A stretch of 64,000 nucleotides of DNA from the IMG/VR virus record IMGVR_UViG_2902146782_000003, one strand, 5' to 3'. Origin of the DNA: a virus (Duplodnaviria; Heunggongvirae; Uroviricota; Caudoviricetes). This document shows, piece after piece, positions 21,807-30,566 of the stretch. A program made the translations under genes and the position numbers. How positions within the stretch are numbered: position 1 is the first letter of the stretch; each line of letters starts with the position of its first letter. Below the pieces are notes generated by a model. That model saw only the letters and a list, made by a program, of their open reading frames with translations. It was not told where the DNA came from and did not search any database.

Positions 21807-22409
21807 TTAAAGAATATCTGATAACTCACAATCAATACCAATAATCTTATCTACAATTCCTTTTTCTTTTGCTTCATCTGGGAACATATAATATTCACGA
21901 TCCTTGATTTCCTCAAGATATTCTGCAGTCATATTTGTATGTTCTACCATGAAATCATTCAGATGTTGCTCTAATTTATCATAAAATTTCTGAATATCTT
22001 TACCTTTATTAGATGAACTTACATATCCAGTCTGTCCATCATGATAAAGGACTACTGTATTTGGGAAGCAGTAACGTTTATGTCCTGCAGCCAGAATATA
22101 ACATGCCATAGAAGCACATTTGGCAAATCCCACTGTAATAATTGGAGTAACAGATGTCTTAATAGAGCTTAATACCTGGTACCCGGAAATAACATCACCA
22201 CCATCTGAATTGAGATAGAGATAAATTGGTTTCCTACATGATGCCGGAAGTGCCTTATCCTCTTTATTCCATTTCATGATCATTAAACATATATTTTCAA
22301 TAACATTGTCATCAATAGTTTCGTTGACAATAATTTTTCTTTCTTTTAAATGCTCCTTGATAGTGCTCTGATAGAGACTATCGTCTTCTAAAATGTCTAA
22401 AAATTCCAT
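21807..22409 (-). CDS. clpP: ClpP-like protease subunit
   Basis: YLNSDGG, CASMA (catalytic Ser), LYHD (catalytic His), EAKEKGIVDKI. Confidence 0.9.
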   Translation of the reverse strand: MEFLDILEDDSLYQSTIKEHLKERKIIVNETIDDNVIENICLMIMKWNKEDKALPASCRKPIYLYLNSDGGDVISGYQVLSSIKTSVTPIITVGFAKCASMACYILAAGHKRYCFPNTVVLYHDGQTGYVSSSNKGKDIQKFYDKLEQHLNDFMVEHTNMTAEYLEEIKDREYYMFPDEAKEKGIVDKIIGIDCELSDIL

Positions 22410-22422
22410 ATTCCTTGTTCTC

Positions 22423-23871
22423 CTATAAATAAACAACCATATCTTTCGATGACACAATCACTTTAAATGATTTGTTTTCTTTAGATATGGCTTCTTTTAA
22501 GTCTTCCTTTATACTGTTTTTCGCGACAACAGATCCGTGAACTAAAACTAATTTTTCTGTATTTACCTTCGATCCAAATTCAATTAGTTCATTTCTATTG
22601 GCATGACTTGAAAATGTACTTAAAGAAATACAGTCAGCTTTATTTTCGACCTTATCGCCACTAATTTTTATAAATTTATTTTCCTTATAATTTTTAATAC
22701 GATAGGATAAATAAGAGTTGTCTGCTCCGGTATATCCACTAAAAATCACCATGCTTTTTTCATCATTCAAATATTCATGTAAATAAGAAAGGATCCTGCC
22801 GTTTGTACAGAATCCGGAACTACTTAGTATAATTTTTGGTGAATGATTTTTTACACATGCTAAGGAATCTTCTTTTTCTTTTATAAACTTCACATTCTCC
22901 CAATTGCATACACTATTCCATAATTTCAAATCGTCTTCAGATAGAAGAGTAGTATATAGATCACAAATATCACATGATAATATTGAATCAACTACAATGT
23001 CATATTTGAAATTTATATCATCATGAAAAATGTTATATAAATTGGTAAGAATTTCTTGTGTACGGCTGAAACTAAAACATGGCATGATTACTGTTCCTCC
23101 ACGTTCTGTAACCGTATCAACTGCTGCTTTTAAATGTTCTAAATCAAATTTTCTTGTCTTTTTATTAATTCTGCCTGGTTCTCCATACGTACATTCCATA
23201 ATAGTTACTTTATTAAAAGTATCTGGGATTTCAGTATTTGGAACATAATGATTTTTTGTATTAAGGGATCCAATGTCAGAAGTGTATAATATAGAATTTG
23301 ATACACCATTTTGATCTTTAAGAATTAATTGAAGCTGTCTAGCTCCGAGACAATGGCTATTTTCAAACCATTTAAAAGAAACTATTTCATCAAGAACATA
23401 TAATTCATGTACATTATCATATTCATATATATAATTTAAAGTCGCAGCTACATCTTCTTCTGTGTAAATAGGAGAGTAATTACGTTTATATTTAAATGAT
23501 AAAGCATTTGCTTCACTCAACAATATAAAAGCACAATTATATAATAATGGCTTCATTAATTGAGCAGTTGCATGTGAAGCGATAATTTTTCCATTAAAAC
23601 CTTCTTTTATTAACCTTGGAAGTAAACCAATATGATCAACATGTGTATGTCCTACAAAAACATAGTCGATCTCTGAAGGTTTAAATGGAAATTTCTGAGA
23701 ATTGATATTATATGAATCCAGATAATTATTGTTTTGAAATAATCCGCATTCAAGTAATATTTTTTTTCCATTATATTTTATGTAAGTGCAGCTACCTGTA
23801 ACATCGTCAGCATTTTGACCTATAAAGTAAATGCCATCTTCTTTTTTCTTCCTGCCTATGTCAAACACCAA
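22423..23871 (-). CDS. MBL-fold beta-CASP ribonuclease
   Basis: HTHVDH, HCLGA, YTSDIG, MECTYG, FSFSRTQE, FSSHAN, LVHG motifs. Confidence 0.85.
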   Translation of the reverse strand: MVFDIGRKKKEDGIYFIGQNADDVTGSCTYIKYNGKKILLECGLFQNNNYLDSYNINSQKFPFKPSEIDYVFVGHTHVDHIGLLPRLIKEGFNGKIIASHATAQLMKPLLYNCAFILLSEANALSFKYKRNYSPIYTEEDVAATLNYIYEYDNVHELYVLDEIVSFKWFENSHCLGARQLQLILKDQNGVSNSILYTSDIGSLNTKNHYVPNTEIPDTFNKVTIMECTYGEPGRINKKTRKFDLEHLKAAVDTVTERGGTVIMPCFSFSRTQEILTNLYNIFHDDINFKYDIVVDSILSCDICDLYTTLLSEDDLKLWNSVCNWENVKFIKEKEDSLACVKNHSPKIILSSSGFCTNGRILSYLHEYLNDEKSMVIFSGYTGADNSYLSYRIKNYKENKFIKISGDKVENKADCISLSTFSSHANRNELIEFGSKVNTEKLVLVHGSVVAKNSIKEDLKEAISKENKSFKVIVSSKDMVVYL

Positions 23872-23891
23872 CTTTCAAATTATTTTACTGC

Positions 23892-24107
23892 TTAAAATCG
23901 AAAATCTTTATCTCTCGGTTTTACAGTAAGAAAATCGGTCTGATTGATTGATTCTCTGTATCTGTTTAACATTTCGACACTACGAACATGCTCTACAAGA
24001 AAATAGCTTTTTGCTTTACTTTTATGGTGTTTATTACGTACACGCACATCAAAAGCTCTTCCATGATTACGTAAGTATTCTGCTTCTTTTTGACTGATAT
24101 TAACCAA
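23892..24107 (-). CDS. Hypothetical protein
   Basis: 71-aa ORF with GAGG RBS. Confidence 0.5.
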   Translation of the reverse strand: MVNISQKEAEYLRNHGRAFDVRVRNKHHKSKAKSYFLVEHVRSVEMLNRYRESINQTDFLTVKPRDKDFRF

Positions 24108-24268
24108 TTAAGTTTCCTCACTTTTATATATTTGTAGACTCAAAAGGCTCATTATCTGTTGCAATCAGAGACAAAACCTTCTAATAAACCTAATCCATGT
24201 GTATACACATCTCATAGTAAAACTTATCTACCTGTTTTATGGAGTTTTGATTTAATTTGTCAACCTAG

Positions 24269-24349
24269 TGGGAGAAGAAGGACTCGAACCTTCGATGTTT
24301 CTTTGTGGGGGATTTACAGTCCCTTGCCTTCGCCGCTAGCTACTCTCCC
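24269..24349 (-). tRNA. tRNA-Tyr(GTA)
   Basis: GGGA-CTGTAAA-TCCC anticodon arm, long variable arm, TTCGAGT T loop. Confidence 0.85.
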
Positions 24350-24530
24350 TTGTGTTAAGATGGGCAGCTACCCTTATCGAATATATAACCATAAGTGGAG
24401 GTCATATATTCTGTTGGAACCTTAACTTTCCATATAATTTTCGGTAAAATTATTAAAAAACTTAGCCGCGTCTCGTCCTGACTAAATCCCGCCAGATTTT
24501 TTCGCTACAAGGTATCTGGAACTTACCTAA

Positions 24531-24602
24531 CACGCCCCCAAAGACTCGAACTCTGACTAACCGGGTTGGAGCCGGTTGTACTACCAATTATACGAAAGGC
24601 GT
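24531..24602 (-). tRNA. tRNA-Trp(CCA)
   Basis: ACCGG-CTCCAAC-CCGGT anticodon arm; G73. Confidence 0.85.
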
Positions 24603-24609
24603 AAATAAA

Positions 24610-24682
24610 GGTGACTAATGGGATTTGAACCCATATAAGGCGGAACCACAATCCGCTGCATTGCCAAGTCTGCCATAGTCAC
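24610..24682 (-). tRNA. tRNA-His(GTG), C73, no genomic G-1
   Basis: GTGACTA/TAGTCAC acceptor, GCGGA-TTGTGGT-TCCGC anticodon arm; the base 5' of G1 is T (24683). Confidence 0.9.
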
Positions 24683-24684
24683 AA

Positions 24685-24767
24685 CGCTGCACACAGGATT
24701 CGAACCTGCAAGCCCTTTCGGACCAACGGTTTTCAAGACCGCTTCCTCACCAACCCGGACATGCAGC
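24685..24767 (-). tRNA. tRNA-Ser(TGA)
   Basis: GCGGT-CTTGAAA-ACCGT anticodon arm, long variable arm, G73. Confidence 0.85.
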
Positions 24768-24859
24768 AAAATAAAAGGCAGGAAATTGATCCTGCCTTTC
24801 AACCGGAATCAATCCGGTTATCTTTATATTCATGATATGCTACAATCACATAACCAAGA

Positions 24860-24927
24860 GTTACATGGTAGGATTTTCACCTACGAATTCCCACAGGAGG
24901 TGGGCTGTAATCTACATATCTTGTAAC
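24860..24927 (-). ncRNA. Degenerate tRNA-like element
   Basis: GTTACA/TGTAAC acceptor-like stem, CCCAC/GTGGG stem, GTAGG-TGAAAAT-CCTAC T-like arm; no D arm. Confidence 0.35.
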
Positions 24928-25011
24928 GCAAAGCAGAGTAATCGAAACTCAATCCAATATAGGATCACATGACTTAGCAGGTCAGTTCCACACCTAGTGA
25001 ATTTACTTTGC
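24927..25011 (-). tRNA. tRNA-Ser(GCT)
   Basis: TGAC-CTGCTAA-GTCA anticodon arm, long variable arm, TTCGATT T loop, G73. Confidence 0.75.
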
Positions 25012-25017
25012 AAAATA

Positions 25018-25090
25018 CGGCTCCACGGAGAGTTGAACTCCGGACTCCTGCGTGACAGGCAGGTGTTATAAACCGCTTAACTATAGAGCC
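25018..25090 (-). tRNA. tRNA-Asp(GTC)
   Basis: CCTGC-CTGTCAC-GCAGG anticodon arm. Confidence 0.9.
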
Positions 25091-25180
25091 AAAATAGGAG
25101 GGGAGAGAAGGACTATACAATCCTTCTCATAAACAAAATGCGTAACCAAACAAATCAAAAGAAAGTATAATACTTTCAAA

Positions 25181-25264
25181 TACTACTTCTGGGACTCGAA
25201 CCCAGACTCCATTATTGGAAGCAGATCTTAAGTCTGCTGCGCCTGCCAATTACGCCAAAGTAGC
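25181..25264 (-). tRNA. tRNA-Leu(TAA)
   Basis: GCAGA-CTTAAGA-TCTGC anticodon arm, long variable arm, A73. Confidence 0.9.
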
Positions 25265-25269
25265 AAAAA

Positions 25270-25341
25270 TATCCGGTACGGGATTTGAACCCATGTTACC
25301 GCATTGAAAGCGCAGTGTCATCACCACTAGACTAACCGGAC
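25270..25341 (-). tRNA. tRNA-Glu(TTC)
   Basis: CTGCG-CTTTCAA-TGCGG anticodon arm, TTCAAAT T loop. Confidence 0.85.
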
Positions 25342-25350
25342 ATATTCATC

Positions 25351-25483
25351 TAGGAAGCAGAGGTGCTGCCCCTCTTTCTATTTTATTACTTACTAAAACA
25401 CAATTATCCGCGGCTTGTGTTCGTTCGGGCTTATTCAAAAACGCGCGCATTTCTTCATAAGCAGCATCATATTGGCACTTCCC
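25351..25483 (-). ncRNA. 133-nt RNA with tRNA-like acceptor stem and T arm (T loop GGCAGCA)
   Basis: GGGAAGT/GCTTCCT+A closing stem, AGAGG/CCTCT arm, internal stems GCTTAT/ATAAGC and ACACAA/TTGTGT. Confidence 0.4.
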
Positions 25484-25494
25484 ATATATTTAAG

Positions 25495-25563
25495 CTGGAA
25501 AAGCAGGAGTTGAACCTACATTTGATTCGCGAGATCATGTTTTGCCAGTTAAACTATTTTCCA
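25495..25563 (-). tRNA. Atypical 69-nt tRNA/pseudo-tRNA (loop CTCGCGA, nominal anticodon CGC)
   Basis: Normal acceptor, D and T arms; 4-bp anticodon stem and truncated variable region. Confidence 0.5.
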
Positions 25564-25574
25564 ATATTTTTATT

Positions 25575-26445
25575 TATGCTGAGATTACACATAAATATAG
25601 AAGCTCTTTCGAAACATTATGGTTTCTTTTCTTATCCACTATACGCCGCTTCGCGCACATATAGTAAGCTTCAACAACCGCCTTGTTTAAGAGTGGCACT
25701 TCTCTTTAACCGCATAACTACTCTGTTGTCATCATTCCATTGACGCTGCCGCGCCACAAAATTCCGCTAAGAACACTGTGCAGAATCGGACAAACATATC
25801 AGAGTCTTGCGAGACTCATCAATGACCATATTGCATAAAATATACTATGGTATTAGGCTGCTTTCGTTATGCAGAGGTGTAGACTTTCGCTGTATAATAT
25901 AATATCCCACTTGTAGTTTCTATTAAATCCTTTGAAAATTCAATAAGTATAAGTAATTATTTATTATCTGAAAAGTCTTCTCTACTGAAGATGTGCTACA
26001 CCAGACGCTCCGATCCCTTTTGAGGATAAGAATACATCACACCTTCATATCGTTCGGTTATTATCCCTACTAAATGTCCATACAAGCTAATTTGGCACAT
26101 ACCAATTCACTTATACAAATGGCTATCACCTTTGCTTAATAAATGCTCAGATTGAATAACCTCCTGATTCACCATCATATCTTCACAGTTTGCATGAACT
26201 ATCCAGTTTGCGGCCGGAAAGTGTTTCTCAGCAGTCGCCCTTGGACCACCTTATCGTTCCCTGTTTCATGATACTATTTCCGCATAGGATTTAATCTTTT
26301 CACTTACCTATACGAAACGAGACCTTTTGAGTCTCTGGCATGTCAGTTTTGCTTAGATTGACTGCAATATAATTGCTTATACCGCAGCGACAGTGTGTAA
26401 ATCTGCCTTTATACGCCTCACAGCGCACTATCGGAGCCAAGCCTC
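25575..26445 (-). ncRNA. Candidate large structured ncRNA (GOLLD/ROOL-like)
   Basis: ~870 nt with no credible ORF, embedded between tRNAs, many short GC stems (GAGAC/GTCTC, GAGTC/GACTC, CCATA/TATGG, ATCCTC/GGGAT). Strand inferred from the tRNAs. Confidence 0.45.
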
Positions 26446-26500
26446 CATAATGTAATTAATTAAACAGAAAGGGTTGGCATATACATTTGTATATGACAAA

Positions 26501-26571
26501 TAGCGGGAGATGGATTCGAACCATCGTCTCTAGGGTATGAACCTAGCAAGGATCCACTCCTCTATCCCGCA
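26501..26571 (-). tRNA. tRNA-Met(CAT), initiator-like
   Basis: CTAGG-TTCATAC-CCTAG anticodon arm; 1:72 T-T mismatch and A11-U24 as in initiators. Confidence 0.8.
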
Positions 26572-26572
26572 G

Positions 26573-26645
26573 TTGGAATGACACGATTTGAACGTGCGAT
26601 GTCCTGGTCCCAAACCAGCGGATTGCCAAACTATCCTACATTCCA
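26573..26645 (-). tRNA. tRNA-Pro(TGG)
   Basis: CTGG-TTTGGGA-CCAG anticodon arm, GCACG-TTCAAAT-CGTGT T arm. Confidence 0.8.
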
Positions 26646-26682
26646 ATATAGAGCCTGTATTTCTACAGGCTCAAAGTATTAT

Positions 26683-26958
26683 TTACGCATTAACAGCGTC
26701 TTTAATTGCCTTACCAAATTTGCATTTTACTGCGTTCTTTGCATCGACCTCAACAGATTCACCTGTTCTTGGGTTACGTGCAATACGTGCGTCCTTATGT
26801 ACAACAGAAAGAGTAACACCATCCATCAGTTTTACCTCGTCGCCTTCAACCAGCGCACCATATGTTACGTCCTGCACAGCTTCCATAATTACTTTAATAT
26901 CTTTCTGTGTATTATTTGTTGCTTCTGCAACAGCCTTAATTAATTCAACTTTATTCAT
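26683..26958 (-). CDS. hup: HU family DNA-binding protein
   Basis: MNKVELIKAVAE..ARIARNPRTGE..VKCKFGKAIKDAVN. Confidence 0.95.
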   Translation of the reverse strand: MNKVELIKAVAEATNNTQKDIKVIMEAVQDVTYGALVEGDEVKLMDGVTLSVVHKDARIARNPRTGESVEVDAKNAVKCKFGKAIKDAVNA

Positions 26959-27057
26959 TGTTAGTTCTCCTTTTTCTCATAAAAATAATAGTTATATAAA
27001 GCAAAAGCAGTGTACCGACCAGCACACTGCCTTGAATTATCAATATTTAATTTTCAA

Positions 27058-27399
27058 TTATTCGCTGAAAATGTTTGATGCAATTTCAGCTCCAAGATCG
27101 TCTAAAGTACAGAAGGAATTGATATATGATATCATTTCATTACCGTCTTTATCTTCGCGCTTGATTTCAATCCCTTTACATTCAGGATTTTTACAAGCCA
27201 TAACATTACCATGTATATATGTCATTGGGGTGCCACATGCTTTACACTTATGTTTACTAAGAAATCTTTCCTGTTGTTCTTTTAATTTCTTCTTATCAGA
27301 AGTTTTCTTTGTCACGGGCTTCATTCCCCATGCAGTTCTCATTTCTTCAAGTGATGTAAAGTGTTCTGTTGTCCCTTTGGACATTCTATAATTGCTCAT
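27058..27399 (-). CDS. Zn-ribbon hypothetical protein
   Basis: CKAC..CKNPEC; AAGGAG RBS before MSNYRM. Confidence 0.6.
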   Translation of the reverse strand: MSNYRMSKGTTEHFTSLEEMRTAWGMKPVTKKTSDKKKLKEQQERFLSKHKCKACGTPMTYIHGNVMACKNPECKGIEIKREDKDGNEMISYINSFCTLDDLGAEIASNIFSE

Positions 27400-27670
27400 G
27401 ATTTTTCTCCTTGTAGTCAAATATATTTGATTTTTTTAGCCGTGTATTTAACGCCCACGGCAGGCTACTACACAAAAAAATTCGAATCCCATATTTAAAC
27501 ACGCATTGGAGACAGCGCGGAGAGTTTCGCTTTTCTTCAAACAGCTGTCTGCATACATGTACACATATCCTGCGCAAAATATGTGCCTGAAGATGCAACG
27601 AAGCGAAAAGTTATTCCCCTCATATACCGGACGAATTTGTATTTACGATTTTTGTTACTTTTAAAGGGTT

Positions 27671-30565
27671 TTAGGCTGATTTTTTTTCAGACATTCTGCA
27701 GTTTTTCGAGAAATTTTGTAAGAATGCTTCTCTGTCCATTCTATATAATAGATTAAGAAGATTTCTTGTATAACGTGAATAATCCTTTTTTCTTCCCATA
27801 TTACTTGTATTAAGAGCAATTTCAATCAATCTGCTCATAGTCTTTGGATTTTTTATTTTTATTTTTCTTAATTCCGCTAAAATCTGATCGAATCTCTCGG
27901 TATATGCAAGAATTTCATCATCAGACATATTATCTTTACTTAAAAGCTCAAGTTCTTTTGCATATCCTAAAATTTTTTCCATTTGCCTAGCGTTTGCTTT
28001 GCCTTTTACTTTTATTACAAGATCTTCAGTAGGAATAGTATTAGTAGAATGTATCGGCTTGATATCATCCATAACAATCTGTAAACTATTCATCGGACAT
28101 ATATAATAGGAAGAAATTCTTCCAGATAACTTTTCTTTCTGCTGATCAACCAATTCTCTTTCCACTTCTTTACCGTTCTTTGTATATTGAATCTTACGCG
28201 TATATCTCATGAATTCTGGAAAATCTCGACGCACCTGTTTCTTATTACCAAATTCGTCCTCAACTTCCTCTAACTGCTGCATACAAGGAAGTTTTTTAAT
28301 ACGCTTTATTTCTTCTATAGCATCCACTTCATATTCACGTTTACATCCGTCAATAATAACCTGAGCTAGTACCGAAAGAATAACAAAGTTGTCATATAAT
28401 TCACGACTTGGGTTAGTCCAATAATAAGTCATTGCAAGCTGTGCGAGATTACTTGATTCTCCAATACCAATACGTGATTTGGCGAATTTATTATCCATAC
28501 GAGCGTATTCTTTCATTGTATTCTTATATGTAAGGCCACTTTCTTTGAGTTTATTAACAATAGTAGGATACTGTTCATATGCAGCCTTAGCACTTTTAAC
28601 CATTACTTCATTATTTGTCACAAAAAAGAAATCTGAATCAAAGTCGCAGCCGTTGGCACGATCCTGAATATCTGTATGAATACAATTTACTGCCATGATA
28701 TTATTACTGAATACAAAATATCGTTGCATTTCATCGCTATATGTGTTATGTAAGTAACAGATGTTATTTGGGCTGTTATGTGGATTTCTAATACCACAAA
28801 GATATTCTCCATCTTGAAAACGTTTTGTATAACATTGAATAGTTCCTGGCTCAATATTAAGAGTAGGATCTGATTCCGGATCCATTCCTACAGATTTGAG
28901 TAGAAGAGCATATGGATTTCCAAATATTGTAAGATTATCTCCATCAATTGTAATTTTGCCTGTTCTAAGCCTGGTTACATATTGATTGATAATTTTACGT
29001 TTCTCTAATCGGAACCATGTACTATTTCCAAAATCCTTATTCCAATCATATAAATCTGCCAACATTTCATAATGATTAATTATCGTAGCATTCTTCCTAA
29101 GATACTGTACATAAAGATTATTATCATCTTTCATCCCCTCTACATAATCCACACTGGTTTTTGCCAATTTACGCACATCATCAGTAGAGCAAGGAGATGG
29201 AATATCTATATTATAGGAAGGAAGAGTATTAACCATCTGATAACTCATCTGCTGCACACCGCCTAATTTACTTGGATGATCGGTTTTTACTATCCCCCAG
29301 TAAGATCCATCGGCATTTACGCGATCACACCAATACTGATAAGCTTCAGCAGGAGTATTACCCATTAAATTCATGAATTTCTTCCATTTAATAGCATTAT
29401 CAGTTGTAATCATGCGAATATCCTTGAGCTTATGCCAAACTCCGAACATGTCCTGTACTGTATAAGTCTCATAGTCATGTCCAGTTTTTTCACACCAATC
29501 CTTAAAAAATAGTTGAATATGAGTGCGAATTCCACAAGCTTTGAAGAAATGTTGTCTTAAAAGTGCCATACCATTAACCCATTCAGGCAAAATATCAGAC
29601 TCAATCAGCATTTCACCGTCCCAGAGAGTATTTTTAACCTCTGTTTCTTCATCATGAACGACACATTTCTTTTTTATAACATTTACTCGTTTATATCTCT
29701 TAGTATATTTCGGAGTAACACCGTCTTTTAAAAATTTTCCTTCAGCAATAGCTCTTTGCTTTGCAATTTCTGTAGCAGTTTCATCTAAAACCTTCTCCTG
29801 AACTACATAATCCTCAGCTTTCACGATCTTGGCTATTGTCTTGTAGAAACTATCCGTATCTTTAATAATAAGAATGGCTTCTACAGGACAATAGAACTTT
29901 CCAACTATTGTGCTGGTTGTGAGAGGAGCATATGCCGACATCTCTACAATCTTAGCATTTTCCATCGGCATTTTCTTTCCAAGACCCATCGTCAGCCAGT
30001 TATATGCCTTCTTATAAAGTTTTGAGTTAATAAACATCACTTGTCCGACTTTTGCCTTAGAAGAGTTTCGGTATAGCATTTTATAATTAATAACAGTCTT
30101 TTTTTCACCTTCTTTCTTTGTATATGAAGAAATGTATTCAACATTTACACCGTTTTCATAGAATATTTCCCGGATTTCATCTTTGGAACATTTCATATAA
30201 TTGTCTTTATTATCAATCACATTTCGAAATATTGCTCTAATACGTTTCTTAGATTCCTCAGATAAAGATTTATCATGTTCAAATGGTCCAAACTGCTTTA
30301 GCAAGTGATCCATTTCTTCTTCATAACTACGACTTCCAAAATCAAAATCAAGACAAATAATGTCTCGTGTACTGGTGTCATTCCAAACATTAAGTCCATT
30401 CTGTATGATATAATCACTGAATAGACTATTACTGAACATTGCTTCAGTATAATCGTACCGGTTCCTGACTCCCTGGTTATATCCAAAGAGTGTCCCGGCT
30501 TTTATATTTTTTATTTTTAATCCGAATTCAGACAAATGATATTTCTCCTTTCTTATTATATACAA
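27671..30565 (-). CDS. YonO-like single-subunit RNA polymerase (two-barrel, RdRP-like family)
   Basis: 964 aa; RNPHNSP and QDRANGCDFDSD catalytic loop; next to HU as yonO-yonN in SPbeta. Confidence 0.85.
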   Translation of the reverse strand: MYIIRKEKYHLSEFGLKIKNIKAGTLFGYNQGVRNRYDYTEAMFSNSLFSDYIIQNGLNVWNDTSTRDIICLDFDFGSRSYEEEMDHLLKQFGPFEHDKSLSEESKKRIRAIFRNVIDNKDNYMKCSKDEIREIFYENGVNVEYISSYTKKEGEKKTVINYKMLYRNSSKAKVGQVMFINSKLYKKAYNWLTMGLGKKMPMENAKIVEMSAYAPLTTSTIVGKFYCPVEAILIIKDTDSFYKTIAKIVKAEDYVVQEKVLDETATEIAKQRAIAEGKFLKDGVTPKYTKRYKRVNVIKKKCVVHDEETEVKNTLWDGEMLIESDILPEWVNGMALLRQHFFKACGIRTHIQLFFKDWCEKTGHDYETYTVQDMFGVWHKLKDIRMITTDNAIKWKKFMNLMGNTPAEAYQYWCDRVNADGSYWGIVKTDHPSKLGGVQQMSYQMVNTLPSYNIDIPSPCSTDDVRKLAKTSVDYVEGMKDDNNLYVQYLRKNATIINHYEMLADLYDWNKDFGNSTWFRLEKRKIINQYVTRLRTGKITIDGDNLTIFGNPYALLLKSVGMDPESDPTLNIEPGTIQCYTKRFQDGEYLCGIRNPHNSPNNICYLHNTYSDEMQRYFVFSNNIMAVNCIHTDIQDRANGCDFDSDFFFVTNNEVMVKSAKAAYEQYPTIVNKLKESGLTYKNTMKEYARMDNKFAKSRIGIGESSNLAQLAMTYYWTNPSRELYDNFVILSVLAQVIIDGCKREYEVDAIEEIKRIKKLPCMQQLEEVEDEFGNKKQVRRDFPEFMRYTRKIQYTKNGKEVERELVDQQKEKLSGRISSYYICPMNSLQIVMDDIKPIHSTNTIPTEDLVIKVKGKANARQMEKILGYAKELELLSKDNMSDDEILAYTERFDQILAELRKIKIKNPKTMSRLIEIALNTSNMGRKKDYSRYTRNLLNLLYRMDREAFLQNFSKNCRMSEKKSA

Positions 30566-30566
30566 T

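Noticed and set aside
24773-24799. AAAGGCAGGA/TCCTGCCTTT hairpin as part of another tRNA
   Set aside because: An isolated stem followed by Ts on the minus strand; better explained as a terminator or processing hairpin
25351-25483. tmRNA
   Set aside because: Too short, no G3-U70 pair and no tag reading frame ending in an ALAA-like peptide
24159-25743. ORF-track calls 24159-24425, 24581-24802 and 25363-25743
   Set aside because: They overlap tRNA or structured RNA genes and have no RBS or protein-like composition
26578-27391. Plus-strand ORFs of 121 and 267 aa
   Set aside because: Antisense shadows of HU, the Zn-ribbon gene and tRNA-Pro
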